64,000 bases of DNA, taken from Podarcis filfolensis (Eukaryota). Positions 28,164 to 42,329 of the stretch are shown piece after piece; position 1 is the stretch's first letter; the number at the start of each line of letters is the position of its first letter. Below the pieces are notes generated by a model, which worked only from the letters and a program-made list of their open reading frames with translations, was not told where the DNA came from and made no database searches. Location of the stretch: NCBI GenBank assembly GCA_964270895.1, contig OZ185439.1, one strand, 5' to 3'. A program made the translations under genes and the position numbers.

Positions 28164-28362
28164 GTTTGTGCTTGAGCCTCTTCTACCAAAGAAGATGCAT
28201 TCTCGGTCACAAGACAAGTTGGACAAGGATGATCCGGATAAAGAAAAGAAGGAGAAGAAGAAAGAAAAGAGAAACAGCAAGCACCAAGAGATATTTGAAA
28301 AAGAATTCAAGTCGACAGATATCTCTTTGCAACAGTCTGAAGCAGTGATACTTTCAGAAACG
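28164..28362 (+). CDS. DOCK1: DOCK1 coding exon, (G)FVLEPLLPKKMHSRSQDKLDKDDPDKEKKEKKKEKRNSKHQEIFEKEFKSTDISLQQSEAVILSET (basic region)
   Basis: cttcag / gtaatg; 199 nt. Confidence 0.96.
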
Positions 28363-29928
28363 GTAATGATAACTGGCCTATGTGTAAAATGATAATAGCT
28401 TCAACACACCTAAACACAACAAAAGTTGCAGGGAAATGATGGTGTGCTTGACACTATTGCTGGAGCAGTATCCAGTTTAAAAGAGTAATTTCCACATTTC
28501 AAATACTTGCAGTCTATTTGGCAAGTGACATAACGTTCAGGCGAACTTTAAATGCTTTGGAGTTAAAAGGTAGCAGATTTATTCTGACATGTAGCTGAAA
28601 GAAAATGCTCTGAAAAGGTTAATTAATCAAACTACTTTTACAGATGCTCACTGTCTTTAGGGGCATCGGTACAATAATGCCAAGTAGTATAGGGATAAAA
28701 ACACAACTTTCATTAAATTGTTTTACTTGGAAGAAGACTACTTTCTATAAATGATACATTAAAAGGTGAGGCATCCATCTCAGATGCTGGGGCAGAGGAT
28801 GGAAGTGAGATGGCAAACGATAGTGGTATGTGGGCCACACCCCCTGCCCTACAATCTCTTAACTAGATTACTAGGAGGGCACTATCCCATAACTAGGGTT
28901 GAAATAAGCTGCAGCTGTCAGTCTGGTCAGCTTCTGCATATAGAATGGGAGAGCTGTTATCTTTTCCTTGGATCAGGCAGCAAAATGTCTTGGGCTGCCC
29001 CACTGACATGCTAAAATTTTGCATCTCAGCAGCTCTCAGCCGTACAGTAAATTTATAGAAACAGTCTGCCAGTGGTTAGAATCTACCTTTCCAGTTTTTC
29101 ATCAGTATTTTTAATGAATTGTCATCAATTTATTTAATCTTAGAGAAGTCCTCAGTTCTTGAAATACATAATAAGGAAGCTTTCTCAGCTATGCACTTGG
29201 TAAATCACCATGGTAATTTAACCGGGGGATCAAAAACAAAGATATAAACTTTATGAAGAGAAAATTGTTCGTAATTAAAGCGTTCTTGCATGTTTCTGAT
29301 CTGTTCTACAAAGACTATTTAAATGCTTCAGTATTTACAATTATCAACAATAGTTCTTTAGATTTGTTGTGTAGATCCTTTCTACATAGCAGACCAACTT
29401 CTTTGACATGACCTCTCATTCTTCATTCATTCATTCCAGAGGCTGAGGCTCAGACTAGTTCAAAGTATTAAAACAAGACTGTGAGAAAGTGTGTCAAACA
29501 TCAGCGTAATTGGCTGAACATTTCATTGATTCAAGGACAAGTAGTATTATTAGCCCCTTGTATTTTTTAAAATTAGGCTAAAATAATAAAAATCGTATTT
29601 TTATTCTGGATTCACTGAGATTCCTATATAACTGGGGAAGTGCTCTTTGTAGAAAAACATTAATTAACATAAGTAACCATGAAAATTAAACAAACAGTTT
29701 AAAACCTGTGTCCTGAAATAGAAAGTAATTTTGTTTGTTTATAGGGCTAGAAAAAACTTCCTGCCTGGAGCAGTGAAAGGTACTTTCCAACATTATTTTG
29801 CTAACAGCAGTTTCCTGTATTTTTTCTTTACCAAGGCAGACCTACCTAGGCAAGCTTGGAGATTTAAGTACATGAAAATGCTATGAATTGTGTAGGCAAG
29901 AGAATAGAATAGATGACTTCCTCTAATG

Positions 29929-30656
29929 CAGTGTTTCTCAAACAGTGGGCCACAGTGCTACAGCCTGCCCATGGCCTTCTCACTTTACTGCCCCAGCCCC
30001 TAGCCAGACCTTTTAGTTGGGCCAATACCAGCACCACCAGTTCCTTGTATACTGCGTAAAGGTGGCCGAGAGACAGAGAATTTCAGGTGAGCAGGAGAGA
30101 AGGAAAGTCTCCTTCCTCTAGAAAGTGAGACAGAAGGTTAACTGGGAATTAAAAGGAAGGGGATAAGCAAGAAAAGGTGTTACAGGAGGAAGAAGTAAGT
30201 GTAAAGGCACCAGGGAGCAGGGATGAAATAAATAAACAAGCAGTTTGAGGGGTGAGGAAAAGGGCACAAGTTGAATGTGAGAAGACAATAGCAAGTCAGT
30301 AAAATTTCTTTGAGAAATGTGGGCCTTGGAAGGGAAAAAAGTTAAATGAAGAATTATTCTTGAGGTACATCCTCAGAATCCACAAATTCTGCCTAAAGTA
30401 GGGGAGTCATTAGCTCTAGAACAAATTGCTTGAGGAAAGCTGAGGTATGGCACTCGTTGCCATAAGGAAAAAACTGCAGCAAAGAACTTAGCAATTTCCA
30501 AAGATGGTTTAGAGATCAGTAGAAAGGGATGTTAGTCATTGCCAGCTGATTATACTAAACTCTGTCTCCATTTGCTACCATTTTGTGACTGCTGGGCCTC
30601 AATAATTTTCAGCTCTTTAAAGTGTGCCCTTGGGGTAGAAGGTTTGAGAATCCCTG
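29929..30656. mobile_element. Charlie-type hAT non-autonomous element
   Basis: TIR cagtgtttctcaaac / gtttgagaatccctg; flanks ctctaatg / ctgtagac resemble the NTCTAGAN target preference. Confidence 0.5.
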
Positions 30657-31500
30657 CTGTAGACCATAAAAGTCCATTCTTACAGTGCTCCCTGCTCAAA
30701 GTGACTTGGCTTTAAGTGACAGAACACAAAATCATCTGCAACAATATTCAGCGGTATGAAAGCCACAAGAGTCTTCTAAGTACATTTCTATTGTGTATGG
30801 ATCATTACCCCTCTGCAGTTACTTTTGAGGAGTTTTATGGTTCACTAGGCACAGGAAGTTAGTTCAGTATCTCTAAGAATAAAGAAATCCTATCAACAAC
30901 TAGAAATATTAGTCAGTATTTTAAGAAGAAAAAGAAATATGTGTGTTATGATGGTAAGATATGTTTCCACCAAGCATATTTTGCACTCTGGCCTGTGCTT
31001 TGAGAAATACTCTAAATATAGTACTATGTTTCTAGCAGAGAATTCTCATGAAAACAATCTAGTGTATATAAAACAAAAACCTAGTGGTGTAAGTGTAATC
31101 TTTTAGTTTTCCTAAAGGTTATAACAAGGTGTAACTATGATAGGAATAGCCAGCTGCCATTTTGTTAAATAAAACCTGGAAACACCTAAAAAGTATGTTT
31201 TTAAAAATTGACTGTACATTCAAGGCCACAAAAACTGTGTTTAAGAAAGAACAAGCCAAGGATATATTTTAGAAGAATACTGCATTGAGACAAAAACTGT
31301 TTTTTCCTTATCGCTGTGTTGTTACATTAAGAACATATTTATCACAAGGTCAATGGCTCACTAAGAAATCTTTCCTCCTTTGTTTTCAGCAGCTGTGCTG
31401 TAAGAACAAATTATATATCCTTGGACTGTGTGTTGTATGTGTGGAAGGTATACTTCAAATTGAGTCTTGCTTGCTTTTTTTTTTTTTTAACCAAATGCAG

Positions 31501-31651
31501 ATCAGTCCATTGAGACCACAAAGACCAAAGAGCCAAGTTATTAACATCATGGGGAGTGAAAAACGTTTTTCTGTTTCCCCATCACCGCCTTCTCAAACCA
31601 TCCCTCCACCAGTCACTCCAAGGACCAAGCTTTCATTCAGTTTACAGTCCA
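31501..31651 (+). CDS. DOCK1: DOCK1 coding exon, ISPLRPQRPKSQVINIMGSEKRFSVSPSPPSQTIPPPVTPRTKLSFSLQS(N)
   Basis: atgcag / gtaagt; 151 nt. Confidence 0.95.
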
Positions 31652-32088
31652 GTAAGTCTGCTTTAACTGATTGATCACACTAACTTATCTTTTTACACTG
31701 CTATAACCCCACCCCGGGACCGTTGGGTGAAGGGCAGGTAAGAAATAGTAATTTACCAAACTTTTGTTTTTTTCTGATGTACTTGAACAAGCCAGGTCAT
31801 ATCAGGAACTTGATATCTCTGAAATGTTTTATGATCAACTGCCTAGGTTAACCAGAGAGTAAATCAGACTATGTCCATCAGGATTCCTTTCACCGTTCGA
31901 CTGTTGCTTTCATCAGGGCTGAGTAGGATATATTGTTATGATCCTACTCACATCAGTTCTAGCCACCATGACCAACAGTCAGCAGTGATGGGAGCTGGAA
32001 CCCACCATCATCTAGAGAGCCACAATGTTCCCCACACTTGGCTTAAGTGAAGAATAATTGTGTGGCCTGTTCAAGGGGGAAATTTACT

Positions 32089-32439
32089 AAAGGTAAAGGT
32101 ACCCCTGACTGTTAGGTCCAGTCACAGACGACTCTGGGGTTGCGGCGCTCACCTCACTTTATTGGCTGAGGGAGCCGGCGTACAGCTTCCGTGTCATGTG
32201 GCCAGCATGACTAAGCTGCTTCTGGCAAACCAGAGCAGCGCATGGAAACGCTGTTTACGTTCCCGCTGAAGCAGTACCTATTTATTTACTTGCACTTTGA
32301 CATGCTTTCGAACTGCTAGGTTGGCAGGAGCTGGGACCGAGCAACGGGAGCTCACCCCATCGCGGGGATTCGAACCGCCAACCTTCTGATCGGCAAGCCC
32401 TAGGCTCTGTGGTTTAGGCCACAGTGCCACCCATGTCCC
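32089..32439 (-). mobile_element. Sauria SINE, full length
   Basis: Reverse complement aligns to 13843-14211; aaggtaaaggt tail at the left end. Confidence 0.92.
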
Positions 32440-33787
32440 TTAAAATTTATTATGGGATCCAGTAATTTCACCATGTAGTACATATAGTTTGATATAAACG
32501 TCCTATACAAATATTTACTTAGAATATTATTTAGTTAATTTTGCCACAGCATTCTGCCGATAGAGTATAGGTCTTCAGAACCAACCCTCTAGTTAATGGT
32601 TTGGAGGCTCAGCCATGTGCTATAGACTTATATACTCTCTCCGCTGCTAGAAGGATCCTTTCCTTGTTTAGGAATCAGGCTATTAACTCAATGTACCAGC
32701 ATTTATTCAGCTTACTGTTCCACATCAGGATCAGGGCCTGTGTGTTTTTACTGAACAAATGAACAGCTACAATTGCTTCATACTCAGGCTGATTATTTTA
32801 TACATAATTTTCAAAAAGGGTATGAATATTTTTTTGTATAAGTGTTTAATGAATCATCTTATTGCGTTGGCTATATGATATTTTTATAGTGCAAAGGCTA
32901 TAGGAAAATCCTCCAGCTACTATAAAAATCTGTAGTGCAGAACAATGAATGAAGTCCTTTTACAAGTATTAAAGAAAGTAATTAGTATATGCTGTTTCTT
33001 AAACCATTATCTTTTACTGACTACTGCCTTCCAAGAAGTCCCCTGTAACAAAGAATATGGAACAACCACCTGTTCATATTCACTACAGCAGCAAACATCC
33101 TTCCAAACTGCTTTGTGATGGTAACCTTCCTCAGTACAAGTTGTTCTGAAGTTATAGGCACCTGAACCCTTCCCTTGACTGTTATGTTTTCGGCTTCTTC
33201 TCGTGGGCTTGGATCTTAAGTTTTTGCTCCATGAATTTAATAAATTTCTGTTCATGAAAAGCAAAAACCGCAGCAAGCAGGAGGAGTACCCCCCCCCCGC
33301 AGCTTCATTCCCTAAGGCTTGCTGCACACCCCCAGAAGACCCAAATGGTCTCAGCCGCTGGTGGCATTGCAGTTTCCTACACATGTCTTAAAGCATAGCA
33401 AAGAAGTGCAATTAAGCTTTTTGTGCTGCTACTGAAGGACTTAAGGATGGTGCTTCTCTCAGGGAGAATGTTTTCATCCTAAAAAGTGCCTCCTTTGAGG
33501 AAGCATGACGTATTACTGTATTTACTTTCACATTTTGAAGGCACATGGTTGCATATAGCAACTCTGTTAAAAATAATAATAAATCACCCACCAAAATCAC
33601 TATGTGAAGGCCTCTCTAGGGAGATGAAGGTAGTTCCTGTATCCAGAAAGGCACAAGTTTTCCATCCCAAATCTGCACAAACATGCCTGTGTGCATCTTG
33701 ATTGTGCCAGAACATGAGCTCCACCATCCATTTAGCATAAATCAAGAATATGTACTCAGTTGGTATGAGATTGGGTTCAATTAAGTA

Positions 33788-34365
33788 CCGTATATTTCGC
33801 TCCATAAGACGCACTTTTTCCCTCCTAAAAAGTAAGGGGAAATGTGTGTGCGTCTTATGGAGTGAATGCAGGCAGGAGGCAGGCGGGAAAAGCCCCCAAG
33901 AGCCACACACACGCTCCGCGCGGCTCTTGCAGGCTTTTCCCTGAGGAGGAGGAAGGGCAGCCCATCTTTGACGGGCTGTCCTTCTCCCACCTCATGGAAA
34001 AGCCCGCAAGAGCTGCACACCCTTTAAAGAGCGTGCGGCTCTTGGGGGCTTTTCCCCAAAGAGGGAGAAGGCTCACAAGCCTCCTCAGGGAAAAGCCCCC
34101 AAGAGCCACACACACACTCCACACGCTCTTTAAAGGGAGTGCGGCTCTTGGGGGAGCCTTAGCCGCGCGCAGCCTCTCCCGGGCAGGGGATGAAGGCTCC
34201 CCTTGCCTGCAAGAGGCTGCACACGGCTATCCCATAAGCCAGGACGGCAAGCGGGATCGCTGCGCAGCGATCCCGCTTGCTGTCTTGGCTTCTGGGATTC
34301 AGAATATTTTTTTTCTTGTTTTCCCCTTCAAAAGCTAGGTGTGTTTTATAGAGCAAAAAATTCGG
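33788..34365. mobile_element. Pogo/Tigger-like non-autonomous DNA transposon with internally repeated GC-rich units
   Basis: ta|ccgtatatttcgctccataa ... aaaaaattcgg|ta; repeated aaagcccccaagagcc / ggctcttgggggcttt units; the overlapping ORFs in the track reflect GC content. Confidence 0.75.
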
Positions 34366-35353
34366 TAATTCCTTAATTTTGCCAAATCTCTATAGTGGAG
34401 CTTCTTGAGACCCCAAAGAACATGAGAGCCTTTGAAATTGTCCCCTTTTTTGCTGTGAGGTAAGAAAAAAAGACTAGAAAAGAATGAAAGTGAACCATTT
34501 TACTTCGTTGTTTATTTTTGTTATAGCCCACCACGAGACCTTCAGCTAAGAGTTGGTGAATGGCCGAAGGTCAACCAGGGATTTGAACCAGGGTCACCAA
34601 GCACAACATTTACAATATCATTTGTTACTAATTTTGCACTTTGGAGGTGATTCAAAGTTACAGAATTATTTCAAGAAGTATAGTAAAGGAAAATCCAATT
34701 TCTTAAGTGTTCAGTGTGGGCATACAGATTTAAAACAAGAGTACTGCAATACAATCAATTTTTGAAGGACACTGAGGTGTCAGCTTATTTTGTAGTTAAT
34801 TTCAGAAAATATTGTTTTGTGTCCTCTTTGTAAGTATTTCAAGCTATTTAAACAATGAATGACTCCTCATTTAATTACAGTAATTTCCTAACATTTTAAT
34901 AACTATATGTTCCTAATGTGTGCATTTAATTCCAGAAAGATTGTGTGGAAGAGTAAATAAAGATTTGTTTGATTAGATTGTAGTATACCTTTGGAAAATA
35001 AATGTTTAACATTGTTGAATTTTCAACAATAGTTACAGGAAAATGCCCAAGAAGCTACAACAGAAATGATGCTTCTGCTAATAATATGCATGGGCAAGTC
35101 ACAAGTAAAGTCACTTTCTGAAATGCTGGTGTTCTGAAACAGCTGACATCTGGAAACCCTGATTAGCATTGTCCTGTGACCATGACTCTCCCTTCTTTTG
35201 ATTATATGAGACATGATATGGCCCTTTTATTTCTCAAACAACACATTCTTTCTGGTATGTGAATCCAAAAATTGCATCAGTAGGTGCACCTGTGCACTCC
35301 ATTTTGTTGTATTAATCATTATTTCATATTATTTTAAAATGAGTTACCTTTCT

Positions 35354-35497
35354 GCTTGCCGATCAGAAGGTCAGTGGTTCGAATCCCAGCAACTGTCTAT
35401 GGACAAACGCCGGCTCCCTCGGCTTGTAAAGCAAGATGAGCGCCACAACCCCAGAGTCATCTGCGACTGGACTTAACTGTCAAGGGTCCTTTACCTT
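35354..35497 (+). mobile_element. Sauria SINE with a large internal deletion
   Basis: Head (gatcagaaggtcagtggttcgaatccc) joined directly to the 3' part (aactgtctatggacaaacgccggctccc...cctttacctt). Confidence 0.8.
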
Positions 35498-35629
35498 TTT
35501 TATGTTTCTGCAATAAAAAAAAAGTCTGCTGACAATTTTAAGCTTTTAAAACAATGATATGTGCATGCAACATTTGCTAGGAATTTGAAAGTTGACTTCA
35601 ATGACTGTGAGATATGTCTTTATTTTCAG

Positions 35630-35775
35630 ATCTGGAACTAAATGGCATGAATAGCTTGGAAATGGCAGACATTCCTCCTCCATTGCCTCTGAAAGGCAGC
35701 ATGGCAGATTATGGAAATCTCATGGAAAGTCATGAATCTCTTAGCCCTGCGACATCCCCACCTGTACCTCAAAGA
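35630..35775 (+). CDS. DOCK1: DOCK1 coding exon, (N)LELNGMNSLEMADIPPPLPLKGSMADYGNLMESHESLSPATSPPVPQR (PPPLPLK Crk-SH3-binding motif)
   Basis: tttcag / gtaagt; 146 nt. Confidence 0.95.
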
Positions 35776-36109
35776 GTAAGTTTTATAACTGGAAGTGACT
35801 TTCTTCAAAGCAAGTCTACATAATGTGTACTTCTGTGGTCAGTAATTATTTTCATGGAGGATAACAGAATCATAGAATTGTAGCATTGGAAGGGATCCTG
35901 GGGGAGGTCATCTAATCCAACCCCTTGCGATGCAGGAATCTCAATGCACAGTCCCCTATCCAGTTTGAAACCATACTGGATCCTATTTAGCTTTGCAAAT
36001 GTGCTAGCCGTTTTATTGCTGCACCACTAGGAGGCCCACATAAAGGAGAGGATTTTAAGTCCACAGTCTCTAAGCTGTGCACTTGCAAGGTTAAAAAAAT
36101 AGGATTAAG

Positions 36110-36600
36110 AATCAGTTAAAATTAACCATAAAACATATTTAAAACGCCTGCTGAAATAAAATAAGGTCTTAAGTTCAACAGGGAAGGCATCTGTCCGATT
36201 TCAGCTGGGAGGGAGTTCCACAAAACCACATTCACAAGACTAAACACATGTCTCCTAGTGCACATGATACATTGTCTGAGACATAAACTGTGACTCCCAA
36301 GAAGACTTTAGTGAATGGGGCAGGATATAAGGAACCAGGTGGTCTTTAAGGTGTCCTGCCCCCAAGTTGTGAAGGACTATATGCTAGCATATAGGCAGCC
36401 AGTGCAAGCTTTTAAGTGCTAGAGCTACGTGCTGGTTGCAGGCTGTCCTCACCCACAGTATTTTGCACTAACTGGAGCTTCTTGGCCAGACCCAATAGCA
36501 ATCCACACAGTGTGTATTGTATTGCAATAATCAAGTTGTGAGGTTAACAATGCATGAATCATTGTGGCCGGGCTATCCCTGACCAAGAATGGCCATAGCT
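36110..36600 (-). mobile_element. L2-clade LINE 3' fragment
   Basis: IHALLTSQLDYCN motif (cf. LIHAFVTSRLDYCN) followed by a typical 3' end. Confidence 0.8.
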
Positions 36601-37202
36601 GGTGGATGGAGTCAGAACAGCAGCTAATCTGCACTCTCCGAAGTCCGCACCCACTTGTCCCTTCATCTGCTTCTAGGTTGTAGATTAGGAAAGCAACTGG
36701 TGTTTTCAGGACCATGGCTTTCCTTTCTCTGATCCCTGGTGAATGCCACAGAAAATGTTTTCATTGGCAGAAGAGAATGCTAGGTGACTTGTATGTGAAC
36801 GCAGATTAATCGGGTAGTGAAACCTATACATAAAAACAAAGTATTGTAAAACAGCCTGATAGAGGCTGTTAAAAAGACAGAGGAGAGTCCCAGCAGAAAC
36901 TTAGATTTTATGTTTTTCCTATCTCATTTCAGGAGAGAAAATAAAGTATATTTCAGACAAGTTTAATATATGAAGTTTGTTTTGCAGGCATTCACTCACC
37001 AGTTTCCTAAAGGCAAGCAATTTTGCCACTCTATGTAATGGATTGCTGAAGCATTTGAGCAAAAATTGTTGCTGCTGGTGAAAAGAAACTATTGTTTAAC
37101 AATCTTAGATTTCTGTTTCTAACATCCTATCAAAGTCATTCGCTAACATTTGTCAAAATTTCTTCAACCTTTGACCTAAGCAAACAAGTTGTAACACAAT
37201 CT

Positions 37203-37253
37203 AAATAGTAAGTCTGAAAATAGTAAGTCTGAATATATATATATATATATATA
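37203..37253. repeat. 15-bp tandem duplication (aaatagtaagtctga x2) followed by (AT)n
   Basis: Direct reading. Confidence 0.85.
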
Positions 37254-40200
37254 ATAAAATTAGTAGGTTTCTGTTTAAATCTTACTTTTAACCCATATTA
37301 GATATTTAAAATATTGATACACTAATGTTCTTGAGAACCAAAAGTGGTATTAGGAAAGATTGTGATAGCACAGCTCTTGAGGAGAAATGTTTCCAAGCTC
37401 TGAGCTGTTCCACTTCCTTTAGCTGTGGATTTCTCCCCTTCATTTTAGTATGCAGGAGCTATTTTGCCTTCTGCATAGGAAGCTGACTGGAGTCCCTAAT
37501 GTAATTAAATTGACTCTCAACAGTGTTTCCTCTATTCATCTTCTAGCATATCATAGTATACAATTCTAGTTAGTCAGCCAATTGTACAAGGAGGCTGCAA
37601 TTATCTATAAGTGTGTCAAATATCGCATACAACTATATTCCTCTGACATCTTCAGAACCCCAGTTACAAGTGAGGAACTTTATTCATGCATTGATCACCT
37701 TGCATTAGACCAGCATGCTAATGGAATCATGTGGCTTGACAATGTTTAGCCATTTTTCTTTGCTTTCAGTACTCCTTCACCCGCCCACCCCCATGCAATG
37801 TTCTCCTATAGGAGGGTGGGACTCATTGTTAATCTTACTTTACATATTAATAGAAGAAGCTATGAGGCAGTAACTTGCTCATCGTCAGCCCAATGAGTTT
37901 AGGGCTGAGCTTCCCGCAAATACATACACATAGACGCATCTCACATAATTATCAGTGTTAGATTTGGCAAATGAAGACTTTGCTGCCTTTGAATTACCCA
38001 CCCTGAGTATCTGTGGGGATAACCCACTGAAATGATTAGCTAACCTCATTTTATTCACATTAAACAAGGATATGGAACACAAAAGTAGAGAGTGCTCTGT
38101 ATTAGAATGAAGTAGGAAATGTTAAAGATGGCACAAAAAATACGCAAAAAATGGGCCTATATCACAAAATATTTGAATTGCAATTGCAGCCCATTATATG
38201 AGAATTCATTTTAGCCAATTTTGAATGCATTGAGGAAAAATCGTTTTATTATGATGATTTATTCACACAAATTTATTATTATTGTTATTATTGGCCTACC
38301 CATTCTCATTTCAAAACATTTACTGGTAGAAATGCACACATACAATCTTATCTAACATAGTATTATAAAATCTCTTTTTTGAAAGGTTTTCCTAATAAAT
38401 ATATCTGAGCATAAAATGGGACCTTTCATTTCTGGTGAAGATCTGTTACATAAAGGCTTTCCCTCCTGTTCTTTCATAGCCTCACACACATCGTTGCATA
38501 TAAAATCAGCTGCATAGTTAGCATTCAAAATCAAGAAGAGAAAGGAAATAGACAATGGAGCACTTAAATTTGTAACATTGGCTCTAACGCTTACTAAGCA
38601 CACAAATAATGGCTTGATTCCCATCAATCCAAAAGTAGATACAAAGCTTGATGATGAATGTGCCATAGAGCGGAAGCAATGCCCAACGCATAATAAGAGA
38701 ACTAATACAGGCAAGAAAAAGAGTTTTCCTCCAATTCTAATGCTTTATGCCGTATCAGAGAAATCTGCTCATAGCAAACATTATGGGAGAACAAATATAT
38801 GCATCTGTGTTCTGCAAGTTGGAAAAGTTATAGTCACGTGTACACATCCTTTTGGTATTCTGTGAATACTGTTACTTCTCCAGATTCAAGGCAAATCTTC
38901 ACAACTATCCAGTACATTACCCAGAATACAAAGTATTCAATTTCATCACAGTGCTACTTGTCTGCAAATGAAAAGAGTCCTTCCATCCATGGAAGGTACT
39001 AAGATCCAGTGGAGACTCCTCACTGAAGGAAGTTATCATTGCTGAAGCCTTTTCCCCCTGAAGCCCCCACACTTTCTTTCATGGTGCTCCAGAAAGTTTC
39101 CCAACCCCACAGAGCTACTTTTCAGGAGGCATGGGGAGCTGCAAGTAGCCTTACTACTCCTTTCCAACATTGCATCACAACTCTGATGGGCACAACCATG
39201 GTCTTTAACCCAGTGAGTTCTATTCATGAATGGAAGGGCTCCATCTGGTTGGCAGTAGAGACTCCCTGCTAGAAGAAGTGGTGGGACAAGGTGGGCTTCT
39301 TTTTCTCTCTGCTGACTCCCATGCAGCCTCTCATGCCACTCCAAACCCTACAGAACAGTTTTTCAGGGGACACAAAGAGGGCTAAAGGGGGGGGGGAGGA
39401 GGAACTGGGAAAAATAAACTCCTTGGTTCGTTCCTCCAACACAAGTGAAAATCCCCTGAGTTCAGGTCTGGATTTAACCTATTTCATGCCAATTGATCAA
39501 TTGGAGGGTAAGGTCATTAAATAATTATATTCTAGAGCTGTATGAATAGGGCCTGCATGTTGATTCTGAGACGTCTGCACAATATGGTTTTGATCCTGCA
39601 CAGAGATACCATTCCTTCTTTTACCAAACAAAAAAACCACCACATTAAAAGCTTTACAAATTTTTAGACTTTAGGCAATGATCCTCAACTGCTAAATCTC
39701 TAGGTAAGGAGATGGGGATAATGTTCAGGGAGCAAACCTGATGTTTACAGAAGGGTGAGAGTAATGAACTTTCCTGGAACAGCACTCTTTAAAAGCAGGT
39801 TAATGAACACTGTGGCATAATTATTTCATTGAAGCAGCAGTGTTACTTTTACAAGACTTTCTAACAGGCAGATTTCATATAACAAAGCTTTGAATGCTCT
39901 TCCTTTAATTCAAAGATATAATTCAAAGATTTTATCTAGATCATGAAAACGTGCCTGCTATTGCTTTTCCATTATTTGCAGATGTGGTGTTACTATTGTG
40001 AAGAAATTACATTGGACAGATTTGCCTGCTTGCAGTTTCATTTTAAATATTTTTAAGTATTTATACCCTGCTGTTCAGCCGAAAAAGGACCCAAGAGAGG
40101 CTTGCAACAATCAGTACTAAGTCGATCCCTGTCCTCCATCTTATAATCTAAAAGACATGGCACAAAAGGAAAAAGTACTTGGAGGGAGAAAAGGGAAAAG

Positions 40201-40397
40201 ACATTAGTTCTTATTTTGAGTTCTTTGTCACAGCGGGGGGGGGGATGCAAGCTCCCTGCAGCTGCTGCTGTTTTGGCAGATGTATGAAACTAGGTTGGTC
40301 TTCCCCTTCCTATGTAGGAGTCCTGGGGGACAGGGAGGACAGTCTCTGAGTGGCCCTTGGTTCCCTGGCGAATGCAGAGGCTGCACTAGAAGACAAG

Positions 40398-40618
40398 GAT
40401 GATAATAATAATATATTGTTTATACCTCGCCCATCTGACTGGGTTTCCCCAGCCACTCTGGGCGGCTTCCAACAAAAGATTAAAAACACATTAAAACATC
40501 AGACATTAAAAACTTCCCTAAACAAGGCTGCCTTCAGATGTCTACTGAATGTCAGATAGTTGTTTATATCTTTGACATCTGATGGGAGGGCGTTCCACAG
40601 GGCGGGCGCCACTACCGA
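40398..40618 (-). mobile_element. L2-derived 3' fragment
   Basis: gggagggcgttccacagggcgggcgccac segment and (AAT)n tail; abuts a CR1-type 3' tail (attctatg repeats) at 40620-40667. Confidence 0.7.
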
Positions 40619-40804
40619 CCTTCATAGTCCCTTCCAAATCTACAATTCTATGATAATTCTATGATCTGTATTAATTATGAAATATAGAATTGAAATAAAG
40701 GCTTTCGCTTTTTTTGCACTCAGTTGTTGCACACACACATACAGTATTATAGTTCAAGTGCTTACTGGGAGCATTGTCACCTAATACTATCAAACCCGCT
40801 ATGT

Positions 40805-40935
40805 GGTAGCCAGTGTGCTCGCCCTCCAGGTGTTGGACCCCAGCTCCCATCAGCCTCAGCCAGCTTGGCCAATGATCAGAAACGGTGGGACTTGTTGACC
40901 AGCAACATCTGGAGGGGGTGATATTGGCTGCCCCT
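40805..40935. mobile_element. ~130-bp squamate MITE family member
   Basis: Shared core (ctcccatcagc...ggccaatgatcag...gggagttgtagtcc...aacatctggagg); other decayed copies at about 10495-10572, 23403-23522, 26170-26305 and 31950-32040. Confidence 0.6.
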
Positions 40936-42329
40936 GTTACACTATTATTCAGGGTAAGCAAAAGGCATTCAATATATTCCCTGTGCTACATTAAAACTGA
41001 AAAGAAAATTATTTAGATGGTAAGGATAAAGAGTTGCATATCCGTGTGTGTCTTTGAGGACCTAATAAATATTATAGTTAGCTGTAGGAAGTCAAGTAAC
41101 TCTTGAATAAACTTTTGATCACATAGAGAGAATTTTGGCCGGCTAATAACATGGAAGGAAACATTCACAGTATTTCAATGCACAACTCAAATTTCATTTT
41201 AATCCATGGGTTATTCTGAAGGAGAGAAATCATTATTGCTTTTATATTTTACATTTCCCCCTTAACTATTGTGCTGTGTTCCGCCAAGACTATGAAGAGA
41301 AACAAGACATTTTAAAGCACAATTGCTTTCTTTTAATACAGAAGGAAACCAAACAAATGAGAACAATTTGGTACTTGAAATGGAAAGGACAGATTGCTTA
41401 TATGTTGCAGATGTGCGTTTTACATGAAGTTCCCATTTCCCCTGAGGTACACGTGACTGAGGGAAGTCTGCCTAGAATAGGGTTTAATTTGAACTGGCAG
41501 GCTCTTATCATTATTTTAGAGAGAAAGCAATCTCTTAAAACCTGAAAAGCACCCTAGAAACTACTGAAACATAAACACAGACATTTAATTAATGTAAAGT
41601 TAAGTGAAATTTGGTTTTGCATTTCAGCCACATTGTTGAGCGGAAATGATTCGGGCACCTGTGATATTATTCTTGAGATTCTAAATAGCCCTTTTGTCAG
41701 TTTAAATTTTAAATGAACTGAACAAAACCAGAGTATCATTCATAGTATACAATAGGCTTTTAGAAATGAAAACAAATATATAGCAAATAGCCTACCATCC
41801 ATTACTTTAGACTTCAAATGTATGTTGTTTTTTGCTCTCAGATTCAGGGATGTCAACAAACAAAGACAGTAAGTGTGGAGCTACTTGTTAGGGCCTCTTT
41901 TTAATGGTGTGTTTTTGACCCTTTCTGGCTTAAAACAACAAGCTGACTACATTTGTACCTACTGGTTAGCACGGAATGAAGCACATGTAGCTTTCTGTCA
42001 AAATTGTGTCTGGGATCCCTTTGTGTCCTGAACCCTTGTACTGTCTGTTCCCCACCCCACACATACCTTGTCCCAGGAAACTATTAGACTGAAGCAGACC
42101 TTCACCTCTGGGTTTCTGTATTGCACTACGCACTAGAATTTCATGGTACACCAACGGTGTGACCATTTGAACAAATGCTTGAGGTATACATAATGCTTTT
42201 TTGATGCGGTCTTTTATCACGCCGATAAAATACCATGAGCAATAACCAGACCCAGTTCAGATTTAGACTTAGAGCACAGAAAATAAAACTGGACTTGCAG
42301 AGAATGCAGGTAAATACTAGTAAATAATC

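Noticed and set aside
33750-34356. Several overlapping ORFs up to 164 aa
   Set aside because: All lie within a GC-rich non-autonomous DNA transposon with internal repeats; no domain signal
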